Shown here: one piece after another, positions 12,590-23,334 of the stretch | Position numbering within the stretch: position 1 is the first letter of the stretch | Layout of the letters: every line of letters begins with the position of its first letter | Source: Trichodelitschia bisporula | Lineage: Eukaryota | Length of the DNA stretch: 64,000 nucleotides | NCBI GenBank assembly: GCA_010356995.1 | Contig: ML996699.1 | Span: 651,697-715,696 of the forward strand | Direction: 5' to 3' | The notes under the pieces: generated by a model | Database searches by the model: none | What the model was told of the DNA's origin: nothing | What the model saw: only the letters and a program-made list of their open reading frames with translations | Translations under genes and position numbers: made by a program

Positions 12590-13381
12590 GTTGGGCTATA
12601 GCCTATGAATGATGGTGATAGAGAAAGCGTCGTTCGCACAAGAGAAGCTTAGGGAGAGGACGATGTGGATGTGGGGATACAGCGGGAGAGCGCCTTGATA
12701 TCTCCACGATAGGACCTGAAGTCGGAGAACCGTGCCATGGTGAGCCGGGTCCAGGTATGCGGTCAATTGATGCCCAGACCACAGCGACTTCGCAACCCAT
12801 CCTCGCATGACCGGCCGCTGTGCCTGAAACGCGTTTATTCCTTCGCGCGCTTGCGCGTCGAGCATCGTCGTCACCAGGCACAGCCCGAAAGACCCGAAGA
12901 TAGACTGATTCACAGCGCTAGCGACCGGGAACCAAGAAATGTTGCCGGATAGCTCGCCGAAAAAAAAACCCTGTCCTAGGCATAAAAGTCGTGATAAGTA
13001 GAAAAAAAGGGCCGAGTAGAGACGCCGACGACAGGACAAGCTACTCGGCACTTTCTAGTCTTGGTTAAATGCCTTTATTTTGGACACGGGTACGTACCTT
13101 GACCCCGAAATGGTAATTTGAGGTGCATGGAAGGATCCGAAGGGGTAGATATTCATCTATTTTAAATTAGCATCGTGCACTGTTCAGTGACGTTAGCTTA
13201 ACCCCAAAGATAGCCCAATAGAGCAAAATAATTGTTCACCGCGTACAGACTTAGACAAAACGCAACTCACAGTTCGACATAATTTGAACGAAGCAATTCG
13301 TCCTCAGGCGTGTCTCTCTTCGCCATCTCTCTACCAGCCTCGCCAGCCAACTCCTCCATTGGCCAGCCAGCAACCGCAACC

Positions 13382-14248
13382 ATGCATCTCAGCCTCAGCC
13401 TTGTCCTCCCCCTCCTCCTCGCCCTTCTCACCCTCACCAACGCCAAAACGCTGCGCAAGCGTGACATGGACGCTGGGCCTTACGAAGACCTCCTCTTCTA
13501 CTACGCCTACAAAATGAACTGGCACGCCGCAAACAACGGCGGCCCAGGCCTCACCATCGCGCCCAGCTGCGTTGCCAGCGGCCGCCCCTGCACCTTCCTC
13601 GAGTTCCTCCGAGCAACAGCCGCAGATCCGACACAAATCAACATGTCCGCAGGTGCCGGGACTTCTGATCCAGACATCAACGACGCGAAGCTGAACCGGT
13701 ACGTCCAGCCGAGTGGAAAAGCCTGGGCGGGCGTGTACGATGGTGCCAAGCTGCACGGGAAGTACAACCCCGCGGTGAAGGGGTTCGGGCAATTGATCTC
13801 GCTCACAACGGACGCGGTTCAAGCCTGTCGGGTGTGGCAAAAGGGGATAGATCCGAAGTCAGCGCCAGCGGTAGCGATGAAGCAGGCCTTCGACCAGGTG
13901 TTCCCCGCAGTGCGACACATCTATGCCGCGCGGATGAGGGCCACGTGGCCGTATCGGTTGCGGATTGCCCAGAGGGAGGCGAATAAGCTCGGGATTAAGC
14001 TCGAGACGACGCAAGTTGGGTATTTCGACAACCAGTACAGATGGGAGAAATGGAACTGGGCAAAGACGGCGAAGCCGTATGCGACTAATGATCCGAAAAT
14101 TAGGGCGCTGGCGAAGAAACTGAGATCGCTCGAGTCGACCGATTTTGAGGCGAAGGGCCTTACGAGCGAGGAAAGCAAGTCCAGGGCGCATTCGGCGGTG
14201 CTTCAACATGCGTCTAACGCTCTTCAGACGCTGGATAAGGAATGTTGA
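13382..14248 (+). CDS. Secreted protein of unknown function (288 aa), candidate toxin/effector
   Basis: Intronless ORF. Signal peptide MHLSLSLVLPLLLALLTLTNA, then KTLRKR (Kex2-type site), then DMDAGPYEDLLFYYAYKM...IAPSCVASGRPCTFLEFL. Basic helical C-terminal half ending in Cys. Confidence 0.8.
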   Translation: MHLSLSLVLPLLLALLTLTNAKTLRKRDMDAGPYEDLLFYYAYKMNWHAANNGGPGLTIAPSCVASGRPCTFLEFLRATAADPTQINMSAGAGTSDPDINDAKLNRYVQPSGKAWAGVYDGAKLHGKYNPAVKGFGQLISLTTDAVQACRVWQKGIDPKSAPAVAMKQAFDQVFPAVRHIYAARMRATWPYRLRIAQREANKLGIKLETTQVGYFDNQYRWEKWNWAKTAKPYATNDPKIRALAKKLRSLESTDFEAKGLTSEESKSRAHSAVLQHASNALQTLDKEC

Positions 14249-14448
14249 GTGTACGATGGCAGGCGGTGAAGTATGCTGAAACCTCATGTTTTTGGACACA
14301 AGTTCTCATCCGCTACAATTGTCTGTATCTAGATGCGCTGGCTTACTGTTATTCATCATTGCTACCACTTCGTTAGCTGCCATCATCAGCTAGCAGGTAG
14401 CTAGCATTCTTCTGAGCCCATGAAGACCTACCTCTGACCCCTACCTTA

Positions 14449-15686
14449 CTACCACATCAAAACCGGCTTCACCACTTTCCCCGCCAGCATATCCTCCACC
14501 GCCCGGCCAAAGTCCTCAACTTTATAAGGCGTGATGAGTTTCTCAATCGGGAACCCGCCCTCGCGGCACCACCCCACGAGACGAGGCACAAACTCAGCAG
14601 GAACACACTCGCCCTCAATAGCCCCAACAATCCGCTTCCCACTCGCCATGAACTCGAACACGCCGAGCTTGAGTTCGACCTTGGGATTTGTAGTCCCAAC
14701 CTGCACGTACGTGCCCGCCGGCCGCGTGAACCCGATTCCCGCCTCGATCAGCGGCAGGTACCCGGTCGTGTCGAGCACGACGCTGGGACCCACGCCCTGC
14801 GTCACTTCACGGACCGCGTCCGCCAGGCCATCTCCTAGTTCCGTCGTGTTGAACGCGTGGGTTGCGCCCAGCTCTTGCGCTAGTGTCAGCCGAGTGGGCA
14901 ACCTGTCGATAGCGATGATGGTGGGGCACCCAATGCGCTTTGCGGTCATGAGCGCGGCGAGGCCGACGGCGCCGAGCCCGAGCACGGCGACGGTGTCGGA
15001 CGGGGTGGTTGCGGCGGCGTTGACGATGGACCCAGCGCCGGTTTGGAGGGCACAACCGAAGGGGGCGAGTTGGAAGAGGTCGGTGGGGAAACGCAGGAAG
15101 GGGGTTGCCGGGATGAGGGAGGACACGTGCGCGATTGTGTGAGAGGCGAAGGAGGATTGCCCGAAGAAGGTTCCGAGGATGGAGGGAGAGGAGGGCGAGG
15201 AGTCGGAAGTGGGCGAGGAGAACGTTAAAGTCCCGTGGAAATTGAGTGTGTCATAGTGGGTGCAGTGGCTGGGCCGGCCGGCGACGCAGAGTGGACAGGT
15301 GCCGCAGTAGGAAAATGAAAGGACGACGGGGTCATCGATAGCATAGTTCTCAACGCCGGGGCCGAGGGCGAGAATGCGTCCAGCGCCTGAGAGGATATGA
15401 GTTCGGATGGTGTGAGATTTGAGGATGTGGGAAAGCGGTATGCAATGGAACTGAACAGCGAAGACGACCAACCTTCATGACCCATAACCCTCGGATACCC
15501 TCCAATATCCTTCGCATCATCACCAAAGTGTATGTCCGTATGGCAAATTCCCGACGCCCAGATGTGGACCAGAACCTCATCCTTCTGCAACGGGCGGATG
15601 GTGACATCCTCCAAAGTCCATTTCCCCTCTTTATACGGTCCCCGCGTCACGATTGCTCGACCAGAGGTGGGCGTTGAGGTGGACAT
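14449..15686 (-). CDS. Zinc-dependent medium-chain (aryl-)alcohol dehydrogenase
   Basis: GICHTD, GHEG|AG across intron 15387-15472, structural zinc cysteines CGTCPLCVAGRPSHC, GLGAVG Rossmann motif, C-terminal GKVVKPVL. Confidence 0.92.
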
Positions 15687-15737
15687 GATGTCTGAGGCTA
15701 TTGAAGGCTCGTAGGGAAGTGTTTAAAAACGCCAGGT

Positions 15738-15990
15738 TCGATGGATAGAGGCTGGAGATGTGTCAACGTTCGCCAACTCCCCGCTCGATGGATAGAGGCT
15801 GGAGATGTGTCAACGTTCGACAACTCCCCGCTCGAAGGTTAGAGGTTGGAGATGTGTCAACGTTCGACAACTACCCCGCTCGAAGGATAGAGGTTGGAGA
15901 TGTGTCAACGTTCGACAACTACCCCGCTCGAAGGATGGAGGTTGCAGATGTGTCAAACGTTCGATAACTGCCCACTCGAAGGATTGAAGT
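15738..15990. repeat. Minisatellite, 5 copies plus a partial copy of a 47-48 bp unit
   Basis: The unit TCGA(T/A)GGATAGAGG(C/T)TGGAGATGTGTCAACGTTCGACAACT(A)CCCCGC starts at 15738, 15785, 15832, 15880 and 15928, with a partial copy at 15976. Confidence 0.95.
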
Positions 15991-16564
15991 CGGCCCTGTT
16001 GTACAGCTGGTCGGACCTTCCCCGCCTGCCGTAGGTCGTCCACAAGCGCGTCATCACGTGATTTCATCAAAGAGCGCCGACGTATCACAAGGCACCCTGC
16101 AGAAGCAGACGCAGGTACAAAGCTATCAGCATGCCGGGCATAATCCTCACCCCGAGAAGGGGGGAAAGCTCAAGATATCGAGAGAGTTCTGCGAAACGGG
16201 AGCTGGCAGCGGCCCCCAAGGCTGGCTCAAGTTGCCATGACGATACATGGCCAGGGCGGGGGAAGTGGAGAAAAAAGATCGGAGGGCCCGCTGGGTCCGG
16301 TGCGAGGCTGAGGCTTTTGACGCTTGCGTTCGCGTTGCTGCGGCGATGACAACCGTGCTGGCCGGTTTACAATGGAGTCTTGCGCGGGAGTCTTGCGCTT
16401 GTGGGATGAGTAAAGGCCGAGAAATGCGGTGGTAGAGTGGAGTTGGGCGATGCTGCCTGCGGCATTTGCCACTGGCGCATGTAAGGGTGTGAGAATTTGG
16501 ATGCGCGTGGAGGATGGTGGAGTTGAGGGAATCGAGTACGGCAGAAAGACTTAGAGACGACAGA

Positions 16565-16882
16565 ACGCGTTGATATCACTCATTGACGCGATGATATCAC
16601 CAATTGAAGGGCAATTGGGAAGCACAAAAGCGAGAGGCTGGCGTTTGGCGGGACATTATTTGGCTGGTATTCGGTTACATCTCGCGCTTGCTCGTGTCGT
16701 GAAGACGCGCGCCGCCAAGCGCCCATGACGCGCCACCACTCCTCTCACAAGGATCACCACCAACCCATTGCTGCCCCTCCCCCCACCCATTGACCCGCCA
16801 CCAGCCACTCACTCTTCCTCAGGCATACACGCGCGCTGCCCATCACAACCAACACAAGGCCCGTGCATCCGCGTCGACGCGT
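16565..16882 (+). promoter_or_regulatory. Cluster of MCB (ACGCGT)/CGCG elements upstream of the RNR small subunit gene
   Basis: Perfect ACGCGT at 16565 and 16877, plus several ACGCG half matches in 16585-16835. MBF control of RNR genes is established in ascomycete yeasts. Confidence 0.6.
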
Positions 16883-17080
16883 CGAGCTTTCTCTTTAAAG
16901 CTGCTCCCCGTGTCTGCCGCCTTCTTTGTGTCTTTTCTCTCCCACTCAACACACATTCACAACACGAATTCACTCCCCCCACTCGCCCTCTTCCACATAT
17001 CTCTGCTGCTCTTCTGCTTCATCTTTCCCACCGTCATATCTACACCGCCGTCCGTTATCCTTTCCCGCAAAGCTCCCGCA

Positions 17081-18482
17081 ATGACTGCTCAGGTCACTCC
17101 CTCCAAGAAGGTACTTCAAGTCAAACCCCACTACGTATCGACGCGACAATTGACTAACCTGACGCGTCTGCAGGCCGCCACCGCCATCGAGTCCCTCAAG
17201 ATGTCCGACTCGCCCGTCAAGAAGATCTCCTTCACGCCGGCGAACAAGGAGAATGCGATTGCGAAGCCCATCGTCGGCATCCCAGACATTGTCGAAGAGG
17301 TGCAGAAGAGCGCGTCGGTTGCTCCCACCATCAAGCCCGAGGAAGCGAACGAGCCGCTCCTGCAGGAGAACCCAAACCGCTTCGTCCTCTTCCCTATCCA
17401 GAACCACGAGGTAAGTCCCTGCGTGCGAACTCGACGCGTAAAGTGGCAGACGCGCTAACGCGTCCCAGGTCTGGCGCATGTACAAGAAGGCCATGGCGTC
17501 ATTCTGGACGGCCGAAGAGATCGATCTGTCGAAGGACGTCGGCGACTGGAACAACAAGCTCAACGACGACGAGCGCTTCTTCATCTCGCACATCCTCGCC
17601 TTCTTCGCTGCGAGCGATGGTATCGTGAATGAGAACCTGGTCGAGCGCTTCAGCGGCGAGGTCCAGATCCCCGAGGCGCGCTGCTTCTACGGCTTCCAGA
17701 TCATGATGGAGAATATCCACTCTGAGACTTACTCGCTGCTCATTGACACCTACATCAGCGAGCCCAAGCAGCGCACCTACCTGTTCAATGCCATTGACAA
17801 CAGTACGTTCGCGTTTATCCCCCTCTAGCTCTAGCTAACCCGTCCAGTCCCCTGCATCCGCAAGAAAGCCGACTGGGCGCTGCGCTGGATCTCCGACGAC
17901 AACAGCACCTTCGCCTGCCGTCTCGTCGCCTTCGCCGCCGTAGAAGGCATCTTCTTCTCCGGGGCCTTCGCCTCCATCTTCTGGCTCAAGAAGCGCGGCC
18001 TCATGGCCGGGCTCACCTTCTCGAACGAGCTAATCAGTCGCGACGAAGGCATGCACACCGACTTCGCCTGCCTGCTCTTCAGCCAAATCAACAACAAGCC
18101 CGACCCGCAGCTCGTGCGCGACATCATCACCGAGGCCGTGACCATCGAGCAGGAATTCCTCACCGAGGCCCTGCCCTGTCGCCTCCTCGGCATGAACTCC
18201 GACCTCATGTGCCAGTACATCGAGTTCGTGGCTGATCGTTTGCTCCTCGCTTTGGGCAATACGAAGATTTACAACGCGACTAACCCGTTCGATTTCATGG
18301 AGAATATTTCGCTGGCGGGGAAGACGAATTTCTTTGAGAAGCGCGTGGGTGATTATCAGAAGGCGGGTGTGATGGAGAATACCCTCAAGCGCGAGAAGGA
18401 TAATGCGAGCGCTGCGGCTGGGGAGGTGAAGGCTGAGGCCCCAGTCCAGAGCGGCGACTTCTGCTTCGATGAGGACTTTTAG
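17081..18482 (+). CDS. RNR2: Ribonucleoside-diphosphate reductase small subunit
   Basis: Introns 17111-17173, 17411-17469 and ~17803-17848. Motifs [69 protein letters not shown]-terminal FDEDF. Confidence 0.97.
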
Positions 18483-18848
18483 ATGCCTGCACGTGTGGCT
18501 TGTACATTAGGTTTTGCGGCTGGACTCTTTACTCTCTTCAGCGGCGGTGGGACGGATGGATGACGGGGACGGATGGGCATGGCTTTGCGCTGCGGACATG
18601 TAACTACGATGCTTACGCGGCGTTTTGAGGCACTGGATATGGGGCGTGGGCGTTTGTTGCGGATGGCAGATACCGAGGAATAATCTGATTTAGACAGTTG
18701 CTGTGTTGATGTGATGCCCATTCTATGTTCCCGCACTGAAGACGACGCCTAACGCCTGGCTGTATGCTCAATGGCCTCCTCAGACCATCCCATGTCCTCT
18801 CCCCTCCCCATCCTCGCGCCTTGAAGCTCAAATTGCCCTTCGCGCCGC

Positions 18849-19490
18849 TCAAAACATCCCAAACCCATTCCACCACATATATCCCGCCACAACAGGCAAA
18901 TGCACCACCGCCAGAGTAAGATCCATCTCCACCACACTCCACACCCAGAGCGTCCCCACCGGCGGCGCCCGTTTCATAACCGCATAATACCCAAACACAT
19001 TCCCCGCATACACCAAATACACGCCACTCGCGACAGCCACCACAAAGAAAACTCCCTGGCGTACCCACGCCCACCGTCTAGCCCATCCCGTGTGCAACAC
19101 CCAGATGAGCAAAAACAGCGCCGGGAGCATGCTCGCCGTCCGCAGGAGTATTTCTTTCCAGACGACTTCCTGCCGGTATTGGTGGAAGACGAGCACGTCG
19201 AGGGTGAAGTGGAGCATGCCGAGCAGAATCGTATACACCACTGCTTCTCCTCCGGCCCCAAGAGGTTCGTCGGACATGAATTCCCAGTCGCCGTCACGCT
19301 CTCGTCCTTCTGGTTGGAAGGGGGTGCCGCCTTGTAGTTCCGCTTGTCGCTCGGCGGCGAGTTCGTAGAGGGTTTTGCCTCGTGGACCGCTGCGGTCGGG
19401 TTGTGCCATCGGAACGGTGGTGGATTGGTCCAGATGGGATGTGGGTTTGGGGCTGCGGCGTGCTTTGCGGTTTTGGGGTTGGGTCGACAT
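18849..19490 (-). CDS. Conserved fungal hypothetical membrane protein with about four C-terminal transmembrane segments
   Basis: MSTQPQNRKARR...PDRSGPRGKTLYELAAER...LHFTLDVLVFHQY...YYAVMKRAPPVGTLWVWSVVEM. Start taken at the first good ATG (19490) after a C-rich leader. Confidence 0.8.
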   Translation of the reverse strand: MSTQPQNRKARRSPKPTSHLDQSTTVPMAQPDRSGPRGKTLYELAAERQAELQGGTPFQPEGRERDGDWEFMSDEPLGAGGEAVVYTILLGMLHFTLDVLVFHQYRQEVVWKEILLRTASMLPALFLLIWVLHTGWARRWAWVRQGVFFVVAVASGVYLVYAGNVFGYYAVMKRAPPVGTLWVWSVVEMDLTLAVVHLPVVAGYMWWNGFGMF

Positions 19491-19541
19491 GATTGTTGCG
19501 GTTGCGTGGGAGGAGATGGGAGGGGGAAAGGGTGTAGTTGA

Positions 19542-19578
19542 GGTGGTGGTGGTGGTGGTGGTGGTGGTGGTGGTGGTG
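19542..19578. repeat. (GGT)n microsatellite in the leader of the 18849-19490 gene
   Basis: About 12 perfect GGT units. Confidence 0.95.
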
Positions 19579-19836
19579 ATGGGTAGCTTGAAGTGATGAC
19601 AGGGGGAGCTCGCTGGCGCGGCTCTGCGGGAGCGGCGCGTCCGAGCTCCATCAATCATCAACGTCGCCCGACCGGCAACGTCACCCAACCGCGGCACGAC
19701 TGCCTGCTCGACAAACCGACCCAACATCACGACGCGAAGGAGGTCAAGCAGTTTGAGCTACCTGATCAACTCACCTTGCACCTTCTGGCCATTTCTCTCG
19801 CCAATTGCACGGCCGCCCTGCCCCCAACCGCACACC

Positions 19837-20685
19837 ATGAACCTCCTCCTCCTCGCCGCCGTCCCCGTCTTCATCCTCGGCCTCTGGGCTTACACCGCCC
19901 TCCTCGTCTCCTCCTTCCCCACCCTAAAAAACAAACGCATCGTCCTCCTCATCGCCCACCCCGACGACGAAGCCATGTTCTTCGCCCCAACCCTCCTCGC
20001 CCTCACCGCTCCCCGCCTCGGCAACACCCTCAAAATCCTCTGCCTGTCCCGGGGTGACGCAGATGGCCTAGGCGCCGTGCGCGAGAAGGAAATTGCAGCC
20101 AGCGCCGAGCGCCTGGGCGTGCGCAAGGGGGACGTACTCGTGCTAGATGACCCCGCGCTGCCGGATAGCATGACGGCGGCGTGGGCGCCGGAGCGGATCG
20201 CGGGGCACTTGGCGGTCGCGTTTATACCGGAGGGGGACAAAAAGAGGAAGGGGAAGAAGGAGGGGGGGCCGGAGGCGGCGATTGATGTGCTCATTACGTT
20301 TGATCAGGGGGGCGTGAGTGGGCATCCGAATCACATCGCGTTGTATCATGGTGCGAGGCTGTTTATTCAGAATTTGATGAAGGGCTGCGAGGGGTGGAAG
20401 TGTCCCGTCGCGGTGTATACGCTTGGGAGTGTGGGATTGGTGCGGAAGTATGCGGGTTTGCTGGATGTTGTGGTTAGTCTGGCGAGGGCGATTTTTCGCC
20501 GGAAGGAGGCGGGGGGGTTGCCGACGCCGTTGGTGTGCGTGAGTGGGGTGGGAGGGTATGGGCGCGCGAGGGGGGCGATGACGGAGGCGCATAGGAGCCA
20601 GATGAGGTGGTTTCGGTGGGGGTGGATTGGGTTGAGTAGATATATGTATGTTAATGAGTTGGTTAAGGTTAAGGTTAGGGGGTAG
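19837..20685 (+). CDS. GPI12: N-acetylglucosaminyl-phosphatidylinositol de-N-acetylase (PIG-L family)
   Basis: N-terminal membrane anchor, LLIAHPDDEAMFFAPT, ITFDQGGVSGHPNH, AHRSQMRWFR, YMYVNEL. Intronless. Confidence 0.95.
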   Translation: MNLLLLAAVPVFILGLWAYTALLVSSFPTLKNKRIVLLIAHPDDEAMFFAPTLLALTAPRLGNTLKILCLSRGDADGLGAVREKEIAASAERLGVRKGDVLVLDDPALPDSMTAAWAPERIAGHLAVAFIPEGDKKRKGKKEGGPEAAIDVLITFDQGGVSGHPNHIALYHGARLFIQNLMKGCEGWKCPVAVYTLGSVGLVRKYAGLLDVVVSLARAIFRRKEAGGLPTPLVCVSGVGGYGRARGAMTEAHRSQMRWFRWGWIGLSRYMYVNELVKVKVRG

Positions 20686-21691
20686 AGGGCGGAGGGGGTA
20701 AGGAATGTATTTGTAAATGCTGAGATGCTGAGATCGAGTGGTGATATTGAGCAATATTAGCACCCAGAGGCCATCCCGGACCGACTGCGTAACCACTGCC
20801 ACTGCTCCAGACAAACTGCAAACTGAACGCCAGAAGGGCAGAGTCCTCTCAGTGGGAAATGTAAAGAGGCCAGAGACACCCAGCGTGCATCTTTGTCAAG
20901 CTGGAGTCAAGCTTCCAAGTAGCCTCTGAGCAGGATTTTGGCGATGGTGGGGCTATGGAGCCGGCCAGGCTGAGGACAAGGTAGGCTAAGGCTTCTGATC
21001 CGATTCGGAGCCTGCTCACAAGTGGCTCAAGATCTATCTACGGGGGACACTGCCTCATTGACGCTTCTTACACGCTGAACAGGCGATAAACGTTCGGTCT
21101 TTTCTGGTAAGCATGTTAAGGCTTTGTATGTGACATGCCAATACCGTAGTCGGATAGCAAAGAGTTCATACCTAGGCTGGTGCAAGCGTGATGATCACGC
21201 TCCCTTGTTCCTGAGATATATCAAGGTCCAGATCACTATCAAAAGTCCCGACATCGTATACAGAGTCGCAATCTAGAAGAGGCGTGTCTACTCATCCTAC
21301 AGTCATTCAAACATGTGAATACCGCACGGCCTCCCATGCTCCTATCCTCCCATCCTCACTCACCTATCCCAGAATCAATCCTAAACAAAATTCAATCTCA
21401 TTCAGCACTTCACGATATCAACATGCAATAACTTCCCACACAAACAAACACCCCAGTTCACCTTCCCAAGATGGCAACTACCACCCAGTCGTCCCTTCCC
21501 TATTCACCACCCTCATTCACTCTCCATCGCATCCTCCTTCAACTCACCCATTCACGCTCCGCCCTCTCGGCATCAGCATAAAACCCAATTTCCACTCTGC
21601 TATGCTTCCATCGAAACTCCACCCCCATCTACATACGCACACAACCCGCCTTTCAGCATCACCACCAGGAATCTCCAATTGAACCGCCACA

Positions 21692-22438
21692 ATGGCAAAG
21701 AACGACATGAACAAAGATAAAGGCAAAGGCAAGGATAAGAGTCAAGGTAAAGCAAATGCCTCTACCCCTTTCCGGATAGAATACTCCGCTAAATGCACCC
21801 CGGGCGTCTTCGGTTGGATTTTAAACCGCGCCGTTAGTCCACAGCGGGAGTCATCGCGTGCGGCTGAGGCCCGTGGACCGGTGAGGGACCGGCCTGGGAA
21901 AACGCCGGGTAGGTTTGGGGACAAGCCGGGTTCTGATGCTGGAAATTTGCCGGCTGGTGAGGGGCCGGTGAAGTACCCGCCTGGCCGCATCCCGGGGAAA
22001 TTTACGCCGCGGGCTACGGTTGATGCGGCTGAGCATAAAGCGGCGGATGACGGCTGTGAGCAGCTTGCGGATTCGGTTAGTCAGTTGAGTGTGAAAGAGA
22101 GAGGGGAGAAAGCAAAGGAAGAGAAGGAGAAGCAGGATATCGAAGAAGAGCAGGGGAAGCAAGAGACGAGAGGGAAGAAGCGGAAGTGGGCGGAGTATGA
22201 AGAAGATGAGATGGAGACTGACGAGTGGAAGGATGATGACGACTCTGACCACGCGGATGACGAGGACGACGAAGCGGTCGAGCTAGGGGTCATCAGGCAA
22301 GTGTGCTGGAGGGACCTGGGGGGCGGTATTGGACAATGGTGGGTTCGCTGCTATGTTCGTGGACGGTGGTGTTGGGAGAAGAGGTATGAACCGCCTGTGA
22401 TCCGTGGGACTGGAGCTAGGCGTAACTGTTCGGATTAG
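21692..22438 (+). CDS. Hypothetical low-complexity Lys-rich/acidic protein (orphan-like)
   Basis: 248 aa ORF with a good start context (GCCACAATGG) after a C-rich leader. It has a KKRK NLS-like motif and an acidic tract. No family recognised. Confidence 0.45.
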   Translation: MAKNDMNKDKGKGKDKSQGKANASTPFRIEYSAKCTPGVFGWILNRAVSPQRESSRAAEARGPVRDRPGKTPGRFGDKPGSDAGNLPAGEGPVKYPPGRIPGKFTPRATVDAAEHKAADDGCEQLADSVSQLSVKERGEKAKEEKEKQDIEEEQGKQETRGKKRKWAEYEEDEMETDEWKDDDDSDHADDEDDEAVELGVIRQVCWRDLGGGIGQWWVRCYVRGRWCWEKRYEPPVIRGTGARRNCSD

Positions 22439-23334
22439 CATGGGGCTGGCATGGCTGTGATATGGGATTCGGGTTGTAGTAGAGCTCGGAATGCGATACG
22501 GCGGTACATTGACGGACAAGATGCCCTGATATACCGTTAGCTACAAGTATATCTCATGAAGTGAAAGACCCACCCGAGCCGATAACCCACATGTCTCCGC
22601 CGCCAGGATCTTCAGATGCCGTTACCTGCATGCTCGATTCACAACCCGAAAGTAGCACCAGATCTCGAGAACCTCAGTAACTATCACAACCTAGCATCCA
22701 CCCTCAGGTCACCATCCCCGAATACGCTACCCCCTAATATTCCCTCATCCGCCTCCTCTTCCGATCCCACTCCCCCCCATCCCCGCTCTCCACCTCACCC
22801 TCACAAACCGGACTCGCAGGACTCTCCGGCACAAACACCGCACTCTCCTCCCGCTTCGCCCCCTCTCCCCCATCGCGCATCCCCTCCTCCCGCCCCAGCG
22901 GCCGCGTCCTCAAATCCCCCGTCCTCGCAACCCTGGCATCAGGCGTGGGCGGGCAGCGCGGACCAGGAGTTAAAGTACGGTCTCGGTCGCAGTGTGTAGG
23001 CTTAGCCTTGCTTTCGTGATCTCCGGTGTAGCGGTGCTTGTCGTCGCGCCGTTCGCGTTCGTCGTCCCTGCGGTCATGCTTTGCGTACTTCTGATGGAGC
23101 TTAGACTCTCTCCGGCCGTGCCCGTCGTCCCTTTGGTGATGCCTTGACTTCCTCTTGCCGTCTGCGTCATCTCTACCGCACTCGTGATCATCGCTGCATG
23201 GCTCGTTAGTCCTTGACCAACCTACCTGTGAGAGTACGAGTACGAAACATCCAATGCAGCTTAGACATCAAAGCGCTTGGCTGCAATTAGCAGTAATCTG
23301 CAGGCATTATGTCCGCTATGAAATCCACAGCCGC

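Noticed and set aside
15738..15990. CRISPR-like regular repeats
   Set aside because: The units are contiguous with no unique spacers, there are no cas genes, and the context is fungal.
20660..20682. Telomere-like GGTTAA/GGTTAGGG run
   Set aside because: It has only one true TTAGGG and encodes VKVKVRG at the end of GPI12.
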